NCBI GenBank assembly: GCA_030141605.1
Contig: JAQGDQ010000568.1
Coordinates: 1 to 64,000 of the forward strand
Reading direction: 5' to 3'
Source: Tubiluchus corallicola
Lineage: Eukaryota > Animalia > Priapulida
DNA: 64,000 nucleotides
A model generated the notes under the pieces. That model saw nothing but the letters and a program-made list of their open reading frames with translations. It was not told where the DNA came from and did not search any database. The translations under genes were made by a program, and so were the position numbers. How positions within the stretch are numbered: the stretch's first letter is position 1; every line of letters begins with the position of its first letter. Shown in pieces: positions 13,957 to 25,480 of the stretch.

Positions 13957-15227
13957 ATTTATTGATTTTTGACAGGGCTGATCAAATAACAAGCAATACT
14001 GCAAAATGTTACATACATATGCGAACAAGCTTAGCTACAGCACCCTGAACAGTGACGTCATGAGATTGTATCATACAAATTAGTTTGTCATCAATATTTG
14101 AAAAGTAAAAGTTTGGAATAGAACGTGTGACTATATTTACAAGAAAGTTGCGGGAGATGTTAGGTTACGTTCGTCACCGATTTCGTTACACTTGGTGATA
14201 AACGCTCTATGTACGACGTATAATAAACGTACTATGTATACTCATTTCTAATTAATGATAATTATAATTGTATTAAATTATATATGTTTGTTATTTTTGT
14301 AAATTTATTATCTGTTTTTCGGTTAATATAGCTATAATGTAATGGCTTTGTTTTGTAAATTTCAATATTTTTGTTCGTTGTTGTTTAACTGTCATTGCAA
14401 TGTTTACGTCAACAAACAAATTCTAATCTCTAAAATTCTATAAAAACAAACGGCCTACCTTTCAAAGCAGATAACAAATAAATTGCTTTAAACATCAGAC
14501 GACTTTTAGGTAGCTTGTTCCATATCCGTCCATCCAGCTAGGTGTAGGATTTCTGGTAGGACGTTGCTAGGCAACGGCTTTTCTGCTAAGAGGGACAAAA
14601 ATACCACACGTCATTAAGACAAACAACGCAACAGCAGTGACGTAATTAGACCTCATGACGTCAGTACAACTCGTGTTTTCTTAGAGATGGGTAACAAACT
14701 TTTCCAGCTTGGGTTTTCAATTTGAAAACTATAAACAATCATTTATTAAAATAATCTGTGTATCTATTGTGTTTTGTTTCTATCGGAAGGCTCGTAGAGA
14801 AAACCAGAAAACACTTTATCAAATTAAACTAGTTTATTATGCGAGAATTCTACAACACAAAAATATGAAGGAACGCGAAATGTTTACAGTAAACGTGAAA
14901 ATCTGGAAAAATTATAGTGTATCTGAAAATACAAGTTTACAAGAGAATGTGTATATGCATATATGCACTTCAGCGGCAAGCTTCGACTTATATATCAGTG
15001 CCAGGGAATATTCTAGAAAGAAGTTTCCAGAAGATTCTACAAGGTAAGATGATTATTCTATTATACAATGGAACATTCTACAATGTTCTATTTATTTCTA
15101 ATAGATGCCAGTGATCTCCACAACAGTATCACAGTTGAAAGTGAGAAATAATGAAGTGAATGTTGAATGAGGCGCTTGGAAAATTGTTCTAACTGAGAAA
15201 TGCACCTGGGAAAAACTTACTATCTGT

Positions 15228-15507
15228 CGTTAATACAACACAATTTTATTAAAAATTTTACTTTACAACGTTAAAAAATTGAAATCATGCCAAGCGTTTC
15301 GACAGACTACTGCTGTAATCAGCACTGGTAAATCAGCAGTGGTAAATTTAAATGTAAATTTACATGTAAATTTACCACTGATGATTACAGCAGTAGTCTG
15401 TCGAAACGTTTGGCATGATTTTAATATTTTAACTTTGTAAAGTAAGAGTTTTAAAAAAGTTGTGTTGTTTTAACTATAAATGTTTTAAGTGCCTGTAACA
15501 AAAAAAT
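15228..15507. mobile_element. Head-to-head palindromic repeat with a minimal hammerhead-like motif (Penelope-like pLTR remnant)
   Basis: Inverted arms of ~120 bp centred near 15358. The right arm has CCA-CTGATGA-TTACAGCAGTAGTCTGTC-GAAA-CGTT-TGG (15375-15413). Confidence 0.6.
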
Positions 15508-15929
15508 TACGATTTGCCTTTAAAAGAAGGCGTAATTATAGATGTGTGTACAGAAAGATGCACTGAGCATAATTACTTCATATTATATTATAATTCATAT
15601 TATAACATTTTATTAAACTAAAGCTCGTGTCTGCGAAAAGCACCTGATATTCTGTGTGCACGTTTTGCACCAACCTGAGAAATTCGCACGCTTGTATCGG
15701 GTGAGGCAGAAAAAACGTGCCGAAATTTAGCGCTCAATAATGTCAGAAGTAAGTGCCGAACAAAGTCGAAACGTCTCAGCAACATATTGTAGCACGTTAA
15801 CTATTGGCTGAGAAATTCACAAGTTTTTGTTTTTAGTTGTTTTTAAGTTACGACTAAAAAACCTTTGCATGTTTAACATGTTTAAAATTAAATTTAACAA
15901 CATTGTCAATTGTAATACTCACCTGAAAG

Positions 15930-16111
15930 AACAGTCGTGTTGATGTACAAAGTACTCAGTAGATGGCAGCAAAACGATAAAGAAATCAAACAGTCGTGTT
16001 GATGTACAAAGTACTCAGTAGATGGCAGCAAAACGATAAAAATATCAAACAGTCGTGTTGATGTACAAAGTATTCAGTAGATGGCAGCAAAACAATAAAG
16101 AAATCAAACAA
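15930..16111. repeat. 59-bp tandem repeat, 3 copies
   Basis: ACAGTCGTGTTGATGTACAAAGTACTCAGTAGATGGCAGCAAAACGATAAAGAAATCAA at 15931, 15990 and 16049. Confidence 0.95.
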
Positions 16112-16855
16112 TTTACATCTTGGTTTTTGTCACTGAAAATAAAACACTGGTAAAGATTTGTTGCCAAGAAAAAAGAAAATAATTTGACTTATTCTCTCGA
16201 TTATGCTGCCTGGAATTCTCTTAAGTGTACAATGGCCGCACAGAGCTACTTGATGCAGAGGAACTAAAGGTAAAAATTGTACAGGGCAGTGTCCAAATAC
16301 CCCTCAAATTTTTAAAGAAATGAGAAGCTGTGTCAGTTGTAGGAAGAAATGCCATCGTTTGATTTGCAGTGAAAATGATGAACACCAATTGCTGTGAATT
16401 TTAACAATAATGACTCAATTTTTTCCGGCATTTTTTTCGAGTTGTTTATTTAAAGTTCCTGTATCTTTGGACAAGTTTAAGAGAATGACCTAAAATTTTT
16501 GATATTTGTGCACAAACCTCTGTTTCCTCAGTTAGATAACTTTCAAACGGTTCAGTTATTTTCTTCTTAGAATATCGTTGTCAATATATATTCATATTAA
16601 ATTGTACATTATAATATTATTATTATGTTATTATATTATTATACTATATTATAATATATTGATTTATATATTATATATATTATATATATATGCTACATGT
16701 GTTAACTTCGACATATACGTGAATAATTTATAATAATCGCTTTATATTACATATAGTACAGTATGTAAGTAATATTACATATGTAGTAATATTTTATTTA
16801 CATATAGTAAATAAAAAAGCCACCCTTAGTCTAATTTTAGTATTTTGAGTGCATA

Positions 16856-17060
16856 TTTTTATTACAATCACGTAAAAACATTTATAGTTAAAAACAACAC
16901 AACTTCATTAAAAAACTTTTACATTAAAAAGTTAAGTTAAAATCGTGCCAAACGTCTGCTGCTGATGATGACGGTGACCACTGATGATGACAGCAGCAGC
17001 TAGTCAAAATGTTTGCCATCATTTCAAATGTTAACTTTTTAATAAAGTTGTGTTGTTTTT
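16856..17060. mobile_element. Second, more decayed palindromic copy of the 15.2-15.5 kb family
   Basis: Both arms match the AAAGTTGTGTTGTTTTAACTATAAATG terminus. CCACTGATGATGACAGCAGCAGCTAGTC at 16978-17005. Confidence 0.6.
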
Positions 17061-19054
17061 AATTTTAATTGCACTTGATGCATGAATTTTCGAAGGTTTT
17101 TTCAGTTTCTACACAAAGTGCAATTATTATAAACGCTGAACAAATTATGAGTTTCAAAATTATGATTATTCTTGATAGCTATTTGCACGCCTAATTCTCT
17201 CAGTGATGTCTTACTCGAAATTCCGAGATAATTTAGTATTCCGTTTGAACGTTGTTGTCTTAAAGAAATAAATTGTTGCCTTTCGGAAAAAAACATGCAG
17301 GGTTTAAGTTCCCTTTTCAACAAAGAGCCATCGTTCTCTCTCAGCGGTACTTTGCACCTGAAAGCAGAGATTGATCTTCCCTCAAAGATGCCGACGTTGC
17401 AACAAAGGCAAAATTCTCATTAGAGAAGTTAAATATTGGACACGTTCCGTAATCCAGTTTACAAATAGGGCCGGTCGCATCCTCGGCTAGTTAGTAAATA
17501 TTTTAAATTCTGACTTGAAACTGACTCTGCGTTGTTACATTTCTAGTGGCCAGAGTAAGTATCAGAAAAGAAAAGACTGCACAAACATGAGACTTGTTCG
17601 CATCCTCAAGTGTACATACTTCAACCTTCCCTTCCTCAGTTTGTATGGCTATCATAGTGATTGATAATCCCGATAGATGTCCTCACCTCACGTGCACGTG
17701 TAGTTGTGTCATGCCGGCCATACTCGACGTGAGAGTTACATTTACAAATATTTACCTCTCGTATTATTTCCTTCTCCAGGTTTGTTCATTAAGACGTGGC
17801 CTTTGAAGTAGCGATCTGAATTAACGCCTGTGAATAAAGGCGGCGTATTTAAATGAATCGTTTGTCCATACCGACAATATAACACACGAAAAATACCCAT
17901 CAAATCATGACACTGGTACTGGTACATATATATATATATATATGTATATAGGCAATGTGTATCACTGTTACGTATAAGTTTATTGACTAAAAACACAACA
18001 CAATATACCTACATAAAGAATCACACATCATACAAAAGCATCTCGACACTTGGGTATAATGGTCACATTAAAACAGTAAAAGAAACTGTAGAAGTTAAAC
18101 AATTTACAAAATTTACACGTTTACAAAAATAATATAATTGCAATAATACGCTATAGCTATCATTATTATTTAGGTCATATATATATATATATATATAAGA
18201 TTCGTGGCTACAGCTTTGAGGACGGCACCATTTTCGGTGATATCAAACGAAAAGCCTCGATCTAGTGTCGTGTCATTGATGGTTTATTTTTCGAGACGTT
18301 TCCAACGGAAGGAACGGGGGGGGGCGAAAAACCTCCAAAAATGGGCATTTTTCGTTAATAATTACCGTGCTTTGTGTATAGGATTGTTCAAAATAATTCA
18401 AATTATTTAGCACAACTAAACTTGACAAAGAAACGGGCCTTCACATACAATTTTTTGGTACACCTCAAACATAGTTACAGGAAAAATAGGCGTCAAATGG
18501 AAAACAGGCCTAGGTCGTTGAGTGAAAGTTCTTCTGTTCCTAACTAGTTGTGAGAAAAGTATAGTCTTCGAGCAATTTTATTAAAGGAAAAGCGCAAACA
18601 AAAGCAAAATACCAACAGTTTTCTCAAATTAGCTGGCAACTAACGTTATCATTAATTACTTAGATTATGACTGTTATTGCCAAAAAGGCTGGTAATCACA
18701 ATCAAAATCTAACTAATTAATAAAAACAGGATACTCTACTTACATGAATCTAAATCCTGCATTGCTTCAGCACCCTATTTATTTTGTAAGTTTGCCAGTT
18801 TCGCTAAGAATTAAATTCAGTAGCTAAGGAACATGTGGGTTTGACATGCAAGAAAACAGATTACATAAGAAAGCAAATACAACGTCACTTTAAATGCTTG
18901 GAATAATTTTTTAAATCTTGAAAATGAAGTATTAATTATTTTTGCTAATGATGTATTATGGTTCTTCAGTTGAATTTCTTCGTCTTAGTATTGATTTTAA
19001 TGTTTAAAACTCTATCCGTATCTCCATACTTAGTACGAATGCCTAATTTGCAGG

Positions 19055-19630
19055 TTATTGTTGAAATGATTATTATTGTTGGAAAAACAATACATGACTA
19101 TTGCTGAAATGATTATTATTGTTGAAAAAACTACACCTAACTATTGTTGAAATGATTATTATTGTTAAAAAACAATACCTGACAATTGTTGAAATGATTA
19201 TTATTGTTGAAAAAACAATACTCGACTATTGTTGAAATGATTATTATTGTTGGAAAAACAATACATGACTATTGCTGAAATGATTATTATTGTTGAAAAA
19301 ACTACACCTAACTATTGTTGACATGATTATTATTGTTAAAAAACAATACCTGACTATTGTTGAAATGATTCTTATTGTTGGAAAAACAATACATGACTAC
19401 TGTTGAAATGATTATTATTGTTCAAAAAACAATACCTGACTATTGTTGAAATGATTCTTATTGTTGGAAAAACAATACATGACTATTGTTGAAATGATTA
19501 TTATTGTTAAAAAACAATACCTGACTATTGTTGAAATGATTATTATTGTTGGAAAAACAATACATGACGACTGTTGAAATGATTATTATTGTTCAAAAAA
19601 CAATACCTGACTATTGTTGAAATGATTACA
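19055..19630. repeat. 42-43-bp minisatellite, ~13 copies
   Basis: Unit GACTATTGTTGAAATGATTATTATTGTTGGAAAAACAATACAT. Confidence 0.95.
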
Positions 19631-20689
19631 ATGATAACATGACGATGGCGCTTTTCCTCGCCCTATTTTTCCATTCTTTTCATTTTTCCATCATTTTGCC
19701 TTTTTCTTTTTTCTTTATTTACGCGAGGTAAGTCTCCCCTTTTTTCTGAATCCATCCTGTCTGTTAACTAGGCTTACTTAATTATTTGTTTTATTTCATT
19801 TCTTTCCTTTGTTTTCTTTCCGTCCTTTCTAATTTCTTATTTTAAGTTCCCCTTTCTCTTTATTTTATGTTTCTTTAGTTTTTCTTTCTTTTCTTTATTT
19901 CTTTTTTTCCTCTTGCTTTTCAGATAGCTTTTTGCATTCAGTTAAGTAATCTATATTTGAATATGATAATTTGTAAATATTGTAATTGATCAACAGAAAA
20001 CTGTTACCTCTCAAAAAACGACATTTACTCTGCCTTTACATTTGCACGAAATTAATTTGATTTGACAGGCAAATTGTTGATATTTCACCCGAGAGAGTGC
20101 GCCAGGAGTATAAGACTTCATTCTATCATTGGTGTGTCGTGTCATTTTTGCCTATATCGAAATGATATGCTTTCGAGCGCTGAATGCAATGATAAAGCGC
20201 GAGATATAGTTGGATATAAGTACCATCCTAAGCATCTTTCATTCTTGCTTTTTTGGCTTAGAGGAAAGACATCTTTTTAGCGTTTTTGCCTTCTTACCTA
20301 CAATTGTTTTTACAATTTGGGAGTTTTTCTGTCGACTTATACAGTTGGTTACGTAGACTGCTAGTTTGTCACTGCAGGAAACTGTGGTTTTCTTTTTATT
20401 TCTAAGATAATATTGGTAATGTTTCTTGGAAGGCGAAACATGTGCAGAGGGCGCCAGTACTGTAACATTTTTAGGACAATTGCTCTGTTTGTCAACTGAA
20501 AACCGAATAAAATTTTAAATCACTAGATTTTCATAACAAAGCTATCAACGGGTTCATAACAAATGTCCTAAAATATATGCCCTTCCTAGAGCTAACTCAG
20601 ACACGGGTAATTTTGAAGTGTCAGGTATTCTAGACTTGTTGTCCTTAACTAACTTTTACTTTTGAAGTGAATTTAACTTTTCAAGATTA

Positions 20690-20930
20690 CCGTATATACT
20701 CATGTACAAGTCGACCTTATGTGCATTTTAAGGCCAAACATTGCATCATTTTATATATTACCTGTGTACAAGTCGACCATAAAATATTAAGATCTTCCAG
20801 AATAAATTATGTCAACAATGGCCGAGTAATAAATCAATAGCCTACTGTGTGAGTGTGTAAGATACGTGCAAGTGCTTTGCCAAGTATATTATACCTATAT
20901 ATAATATACTATATACTATATATGTATATA

Positions 20931-20963
<33 letters not shown>

Positions 20964-21152
20964 TCATGTTGAGAGCCCTCAATGCAATCCATGATAATGC
21001 AGCCTGGCCTTTCATCATGCATAATTGTTTGTAATGCCTTTAACCCCAGGATATCGCGACCAGAAAAAACATATCGTAAGTATAAGTCGACCCCAAAAAT
21101 TTCACTTTAAAATCGCTTCCCAAAAATTCGACTTGTACATAAGTATATACGG
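20690..21152. mobile_element. Tc2/pogo-like MITE with TA TSD
   Basis: TA|CCGTATATACTCATGTACAAGTCGA ... TCGACTTGTACATAAGTATATACGG|TA, with internal repeated AAGTCGACC motifs. Confidence 0.9.
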
Positions 21153-21587
21153 TACTACACAATAAATTTACAATTCTAAATTATTTTAGTGCATTTGACA
21201 ATCGTATGAAGCGCATTTCAAATACTTTCATGATTTAGAATTTCATTTCAGTTGTAATTATACGATGGCTTGTTAGGGACATAGTAAAAACAATAAACAA
21301 ATTTTTCGGTATCTCAAAATTTCGAAATTTCGACTTTGCATCTCGAAATTCCGCCTTTGAAATCAAAACTTCGACTTCGTATCTCGTAGTTTTGAGACAC
21401 AATAAATTTGGTTTTTGTTTGTAACAGGTCCGTAACAAGCTACAGTATACTCACACAAAATATTGGCATCTGTATATTAATTTCGGAGGTATGTTGGTAT
21501 ATATATATATATATATATAACTAAGACAAATTTCGTTTGACGTATAGATCGTGAGAATGATGCCGTCGTCAAACGAAAGGTGTCTTA

Positions 21588-22114
21588 TTTATTTTTTTAT
21601 TTATTTATTTTATTTACACCCAATAGTAAAATAAAGTTATAAAACACGTTGGACGAAAACATAAAAATACAATATTTACAAAAGAGTGTGGTAAAGACAC
21701 AAAGAGATTAATTGCTTACATGTGTCTATTGTGTACAAGGAATTTATGCAAGTTAACTATATATAAGCGGCTTTTAAATAACTTAATATTTTGCGCAGTT
21801 ACGAGGGGTACACCATCAACACATACAGGCAATGAGTTCCAAATCGGTACAGCTCGCTTTGAGAAAAACTGACCAAATGACACGTTAGCTGCTCGACGCA
21901 CGAAAAGCTTCAGAGAATGATTTTGCCTTGTTCTATTGTAAGATACACGAGTAAAAAATTTCTCAGAATCAACATCAGCTTCTCTATGAATAATTTGGTA
22001 ACATAAAACTAAATCTTTTTGAATGCGTTTCTCTTCTAAAGACTTTAGATGTAGAATCTCCAGACGCTTAGGATATGGCATATACATAAAATTGCATCTA
22101 TAATTTACATCCAC
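21588..22114 (-). mobile_element. 5'-truncated CR1-group LINE (ORF2 C-terminus, 3'UTR and AATA-rich tail)
   Basis: ORF 21716-22114, YPKRLEILHLKSLEEKRIQKDL...FF...RTRQNHSLKL...FFSKRAVPIWNSLP, matches the CR1-type C-terminal signature (Y.ERL..L.L.SLE.RR...DL; TRGH..KL; FFS.R....WN.LP). Confidence 0.85.
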
Positions 22115-23730
22115 CTACAGGTTCGCACCGGGGGGTTTATTTTTATTTATTAATGATTTAGCTATGTTAGCACATCATTAAGATTGACCAAATAGATACT
22201 GTAGCATCTTAAATTGTGACCAATGCTTTCTGTAATGTGTAATGACTACTTCTTTTCACATTTACGTAAAGCAAAACCGAGCTGCTACTTTTAAGCCTAT
22301 AATCTAAAATCCAAGGTCTTCATCAGCTCATACTAAGAGTTCTCTGTACGTTGAGCTGACGCAAAGATAATTTACGAACCGACGAAGCTTAAATTGAATA
22401 TGAACAGACGATGTTTTACACAATGACGCATTGTTTTACAACACGCTAAGAAGTTCCGTGTTCTTACCTGATAAACCGCAAAGAAAAAAATCACTTTAAT
22501 CACCTGCTCGTTATGCAAAACGTTTTTAGCCAAAGAAGCATCAAGGTTCCACTCAGGTATTTTGCATGTTTACCAATGAGCTTGATTGAGCCATGCCGCC
22601 ACTGAGATGTGCCCTGTTCCTCTGCTTGCAAACAACCAATCTGCAATTCTCAAACAGTTTTTTGGGCGCACAATTAAAGCATTAAAGCTGTCACCAAACA
22701 TCGCTGAACGATGCCAGGCAATCCTTTAATAAGACATAAGTAGGTTCTTTGCTTGGCAGAAAGCAGAGGGTTTGAATGGCTAACGAGTACTTTCATGACG
22801 GAACTGTGTGTACATATGATTACTTCACGTTCAATTTTGAATGTGATTTGTGAGAATCGGTGGGTGGTAGAGTGCGTGTGGGGTAGGCTAACAACGAGGG
22901 GACTTTCTTCTGGTTTTCGTTTTGTTTGCAAGCAATGTTGGCAAAATGTACACGAAGCGCAAAAGCAAAAAACTGCAGCATGGTGAAATTTTGTTAAAAA
23001 TCGATAATTGCTTCATTACTAAGTCTTCTGTAATCTTAGATTGCATAATAAATAATAAATAATCTTTGATCTCAGATAATAAAAACAAAGAAAAAGGTAA
23101 ATGCAAAAGAGAAACAAAGAAGATAAAGTAAGAAAAAGAAAAACGCGACACACTAGTATAACTTTTAGTATTACTTTATCACTTTGTACTAAGTACATAA
23201 AATAATCATCTTTCTATCCTTGAACGACTTGACATCCATTTTTAAATACTAAACAGATATGAATGAGTCAATGGATGGTTTTTATGCAAAGACAAGTATT
23301 TCGGGCACCCATTACAGGACCCCATCACTGCAATTAACGTAAATTATAATTTAGAAATCTAGCATTTAAAATTTAGATAAAACTACACTTTAGAATCACA
23401 ACGAATCAGCGAGAGTGGATATTTTAATGACATCATTAACATTAAAACCAGACTTCATTGACGCATAACAACTGGTGAATGGAATTGACCGTGAATTTGC
23501 AAATTAAGCTTTAAATTGTATTACAGCCTGCTTTGAAAGAAGTAAAATAGAAGCTTAATTATAGAAAATCATATTCAATTGATAGCAATGGCGTATTATT
23601 GTAACTATATTATTTTTGTTAGTATTGTAAACTGTTTAACCTCTACTGCTTCTGTTACTGTTTCAATTTGATGATAATACCCAAGTGTTGGGATATTTTT
23701 ATGATTGTTTATGTACGCTGTATTGTACAT

Positions 23731-23825
23731 GGCTACGGCCATATCACGTTGAAAACACCGGTCTGGTCACCGAAGTTAAGCAACGCAGAGCTTGGTTAGT
23801 AGGCTTGCGGGATACCCACACTGTA
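23731..23825 (+). pseudogene. Degenerate 5S rRNA-derived sequence (SINE head)
   Basis: GGCTACGGCCATATCACGTTGAAAACACCGG..TCACCGAAGTTAAGCAACG..GAGCTTGGTTAGTA follows the invertebrate 5S rRNA 5' two-thirds, with a small internal deletion and loss of the box-C segment (CTTGGATGGG). Confidence 0.85.
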
Positions 23826-24228
23826 TCTCGACACTAGGTGGAGGAGCTGCACAAGCAGCCAACGGCTAGAGGGCGGAGGAGGTCATGTGACCCTACGTCC
23901 ATGTGTAGAGGAGTAAACCTTCCAAATCAGAAGTGGAGCCCCGAAGGCGGACCAGTGCAGCATGCTCACTGACTCTGGCAGCTCCTGCAGCCAACCTGGT
24001 GCCAAACGTATCGCTCCGCTTTCCTTTGGACTACATCAGGGAGGAAGAGAGGGGGTTCTTGTTCATACACCTTGCCCAGGCGTGCGCCCTGGAGAGGCCA
24101 CTCCAGTGGTTCAAGGATCGGACTGCTTAGCCACAGTCGACGCTGCAGCTCCATTAATGTGATCAATAACTGACTCTCTTGGCGCACACTCTATTGTCTT
24201 CCGAGACAGAAGGATGCCAACATCAACA
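23731..24228 (+). mobile_element. 5S rRNA-headed SINE (SINE3-like) with RTE-like body and (AAC)-type tail, flanked by TSD
   Basis: 5S-like head, then a GC-rich body shared with 58211-58600, ending ...GAGACAGAAGGATGCCAACATCAAC. Direct repeat ATTGTACATGG at 23722-23732 and 24229-24239. Confidence 0.8.
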
Positions 24229-24947
24229 ATTGTACATGGTATTGTGTTGTTCGTCAATAAACTTATACGTAACAGTGATATGCTCAGAGTTTTTTATGTT
24301 ATGTTTGTGTGACATGCGTTTCATTATGTAAATTGTATTGCATATTGTATTACGTTGTTCGTTAGTAAACTTATAAATAAGAAAACGGAAGCAATAATAA
24401 AAATTACAAGAATAACAAAAACACAGTTACCAATTACTACTAAGCTGAGAATATAAAGTACTGGAAACCAGAAGACAAAGAGTTAAAAAGTAGAAAATAC
24501 CAATAAAACACAATACTCAAAAACATCAGGCATTGTATCAAAGAAAAATACTATACCATCCAATAATTTGTAGAATATTTCTATTATAATCTTTTATTGA
24601 TTTCTTTACTTTTTCTATTTTCAAATACCATGGGTCTCATATTTGAATAACAAATTAGTCGCAGAAACATTCTTTCTATTTTTGGATTTTAAATTAAAAT
24701 TTACTAGGAGAAACTGTTCCAACTAGGGCTCTTCCCTTTCTCTGGTCTTATACAAAATTATGAAATGCAATTTTATATTCATTTGAGTAAAATATACTTT
24801 TTTCTGCTAAAATCCGATATTATATATGCATTTTTTATTGTGTTGTGTGTATTTGTGTATGAATGAAAAAACTAAATAAATAAACTGGAGAAAGAATGAA
24901 TATACAGACTGAAAACAAAGAAAAATGCGCGCGCAGCTGCTTAGCGG

Positions 24948-25480
24948 TTATTTATTTATATATCATTTTTATTTGTACTCGTGGTACAATCACGTCAAAT
25001 AAACAATCAGATCAACAAGCAAAGTAACATTAATTAACAGGACTAGCAAGCAATGTGAATATATACAATTAAGTGAGAGTAAGACATGTTAGTATGGGGT
25101 ACAACTCATTCCAGTCAAAAATCAAAACAATTACGTTCTAGAACCCATATGACTTCTTTAATGAAATTTACAGCCCGTATATGTTCATCGCTAACATTAT
25201 CTATTACATCTAATGTACAAGAAAAAAGTTTAGAAAGAACATTTTTGTTGGTGTAAAAAGTTTTGTACTCGTTACAAATAGATGACAAATTATAACCCAT
25301 TATAGCAGAGACATGAAATCGAGAATTATGTGCAAAGAAATTGGCTATATGATTTTCACTATATAAGCAACTACGGTAAAATTTAACAAATCGTTTTTGT
25401 AGTTGTTTATATCCAAACAGCTGGAGATTATTATCTCCAAAGTTTCAGAACATTCACATTTTTAATAAATTCATTTGGAA
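24948..25480 (-). mobile_element. Decayed non-LTR retrotransposon 3' end (RT protein C-terminus)
   Basis: Minus-strand translation LQKRFVKFYRSCLYSENH...SAIMGYN...FIKEVI resembles C-termini of invertebrate LINE RT proteins (possibly Proto2/RTEX-like), followed by a short UTR and a TAAA tail. Confidence 0.55.

Noticed and set aside
23731-23825. Functional 5S rRNA gene
   Set aside because: Internal deletions, missing box C, no oligo-T terminator, and it is embedded in a TSD-flanked retroposon.
23933-24187. Similar short ORFs at 23.9-24.2 kb and 58.3-58.6 kb suggesting a duplicated gene
   Set aside because: The similarity comes from the shared SINE body; non-ATG starts and frame-breaking indels differ between the copies.
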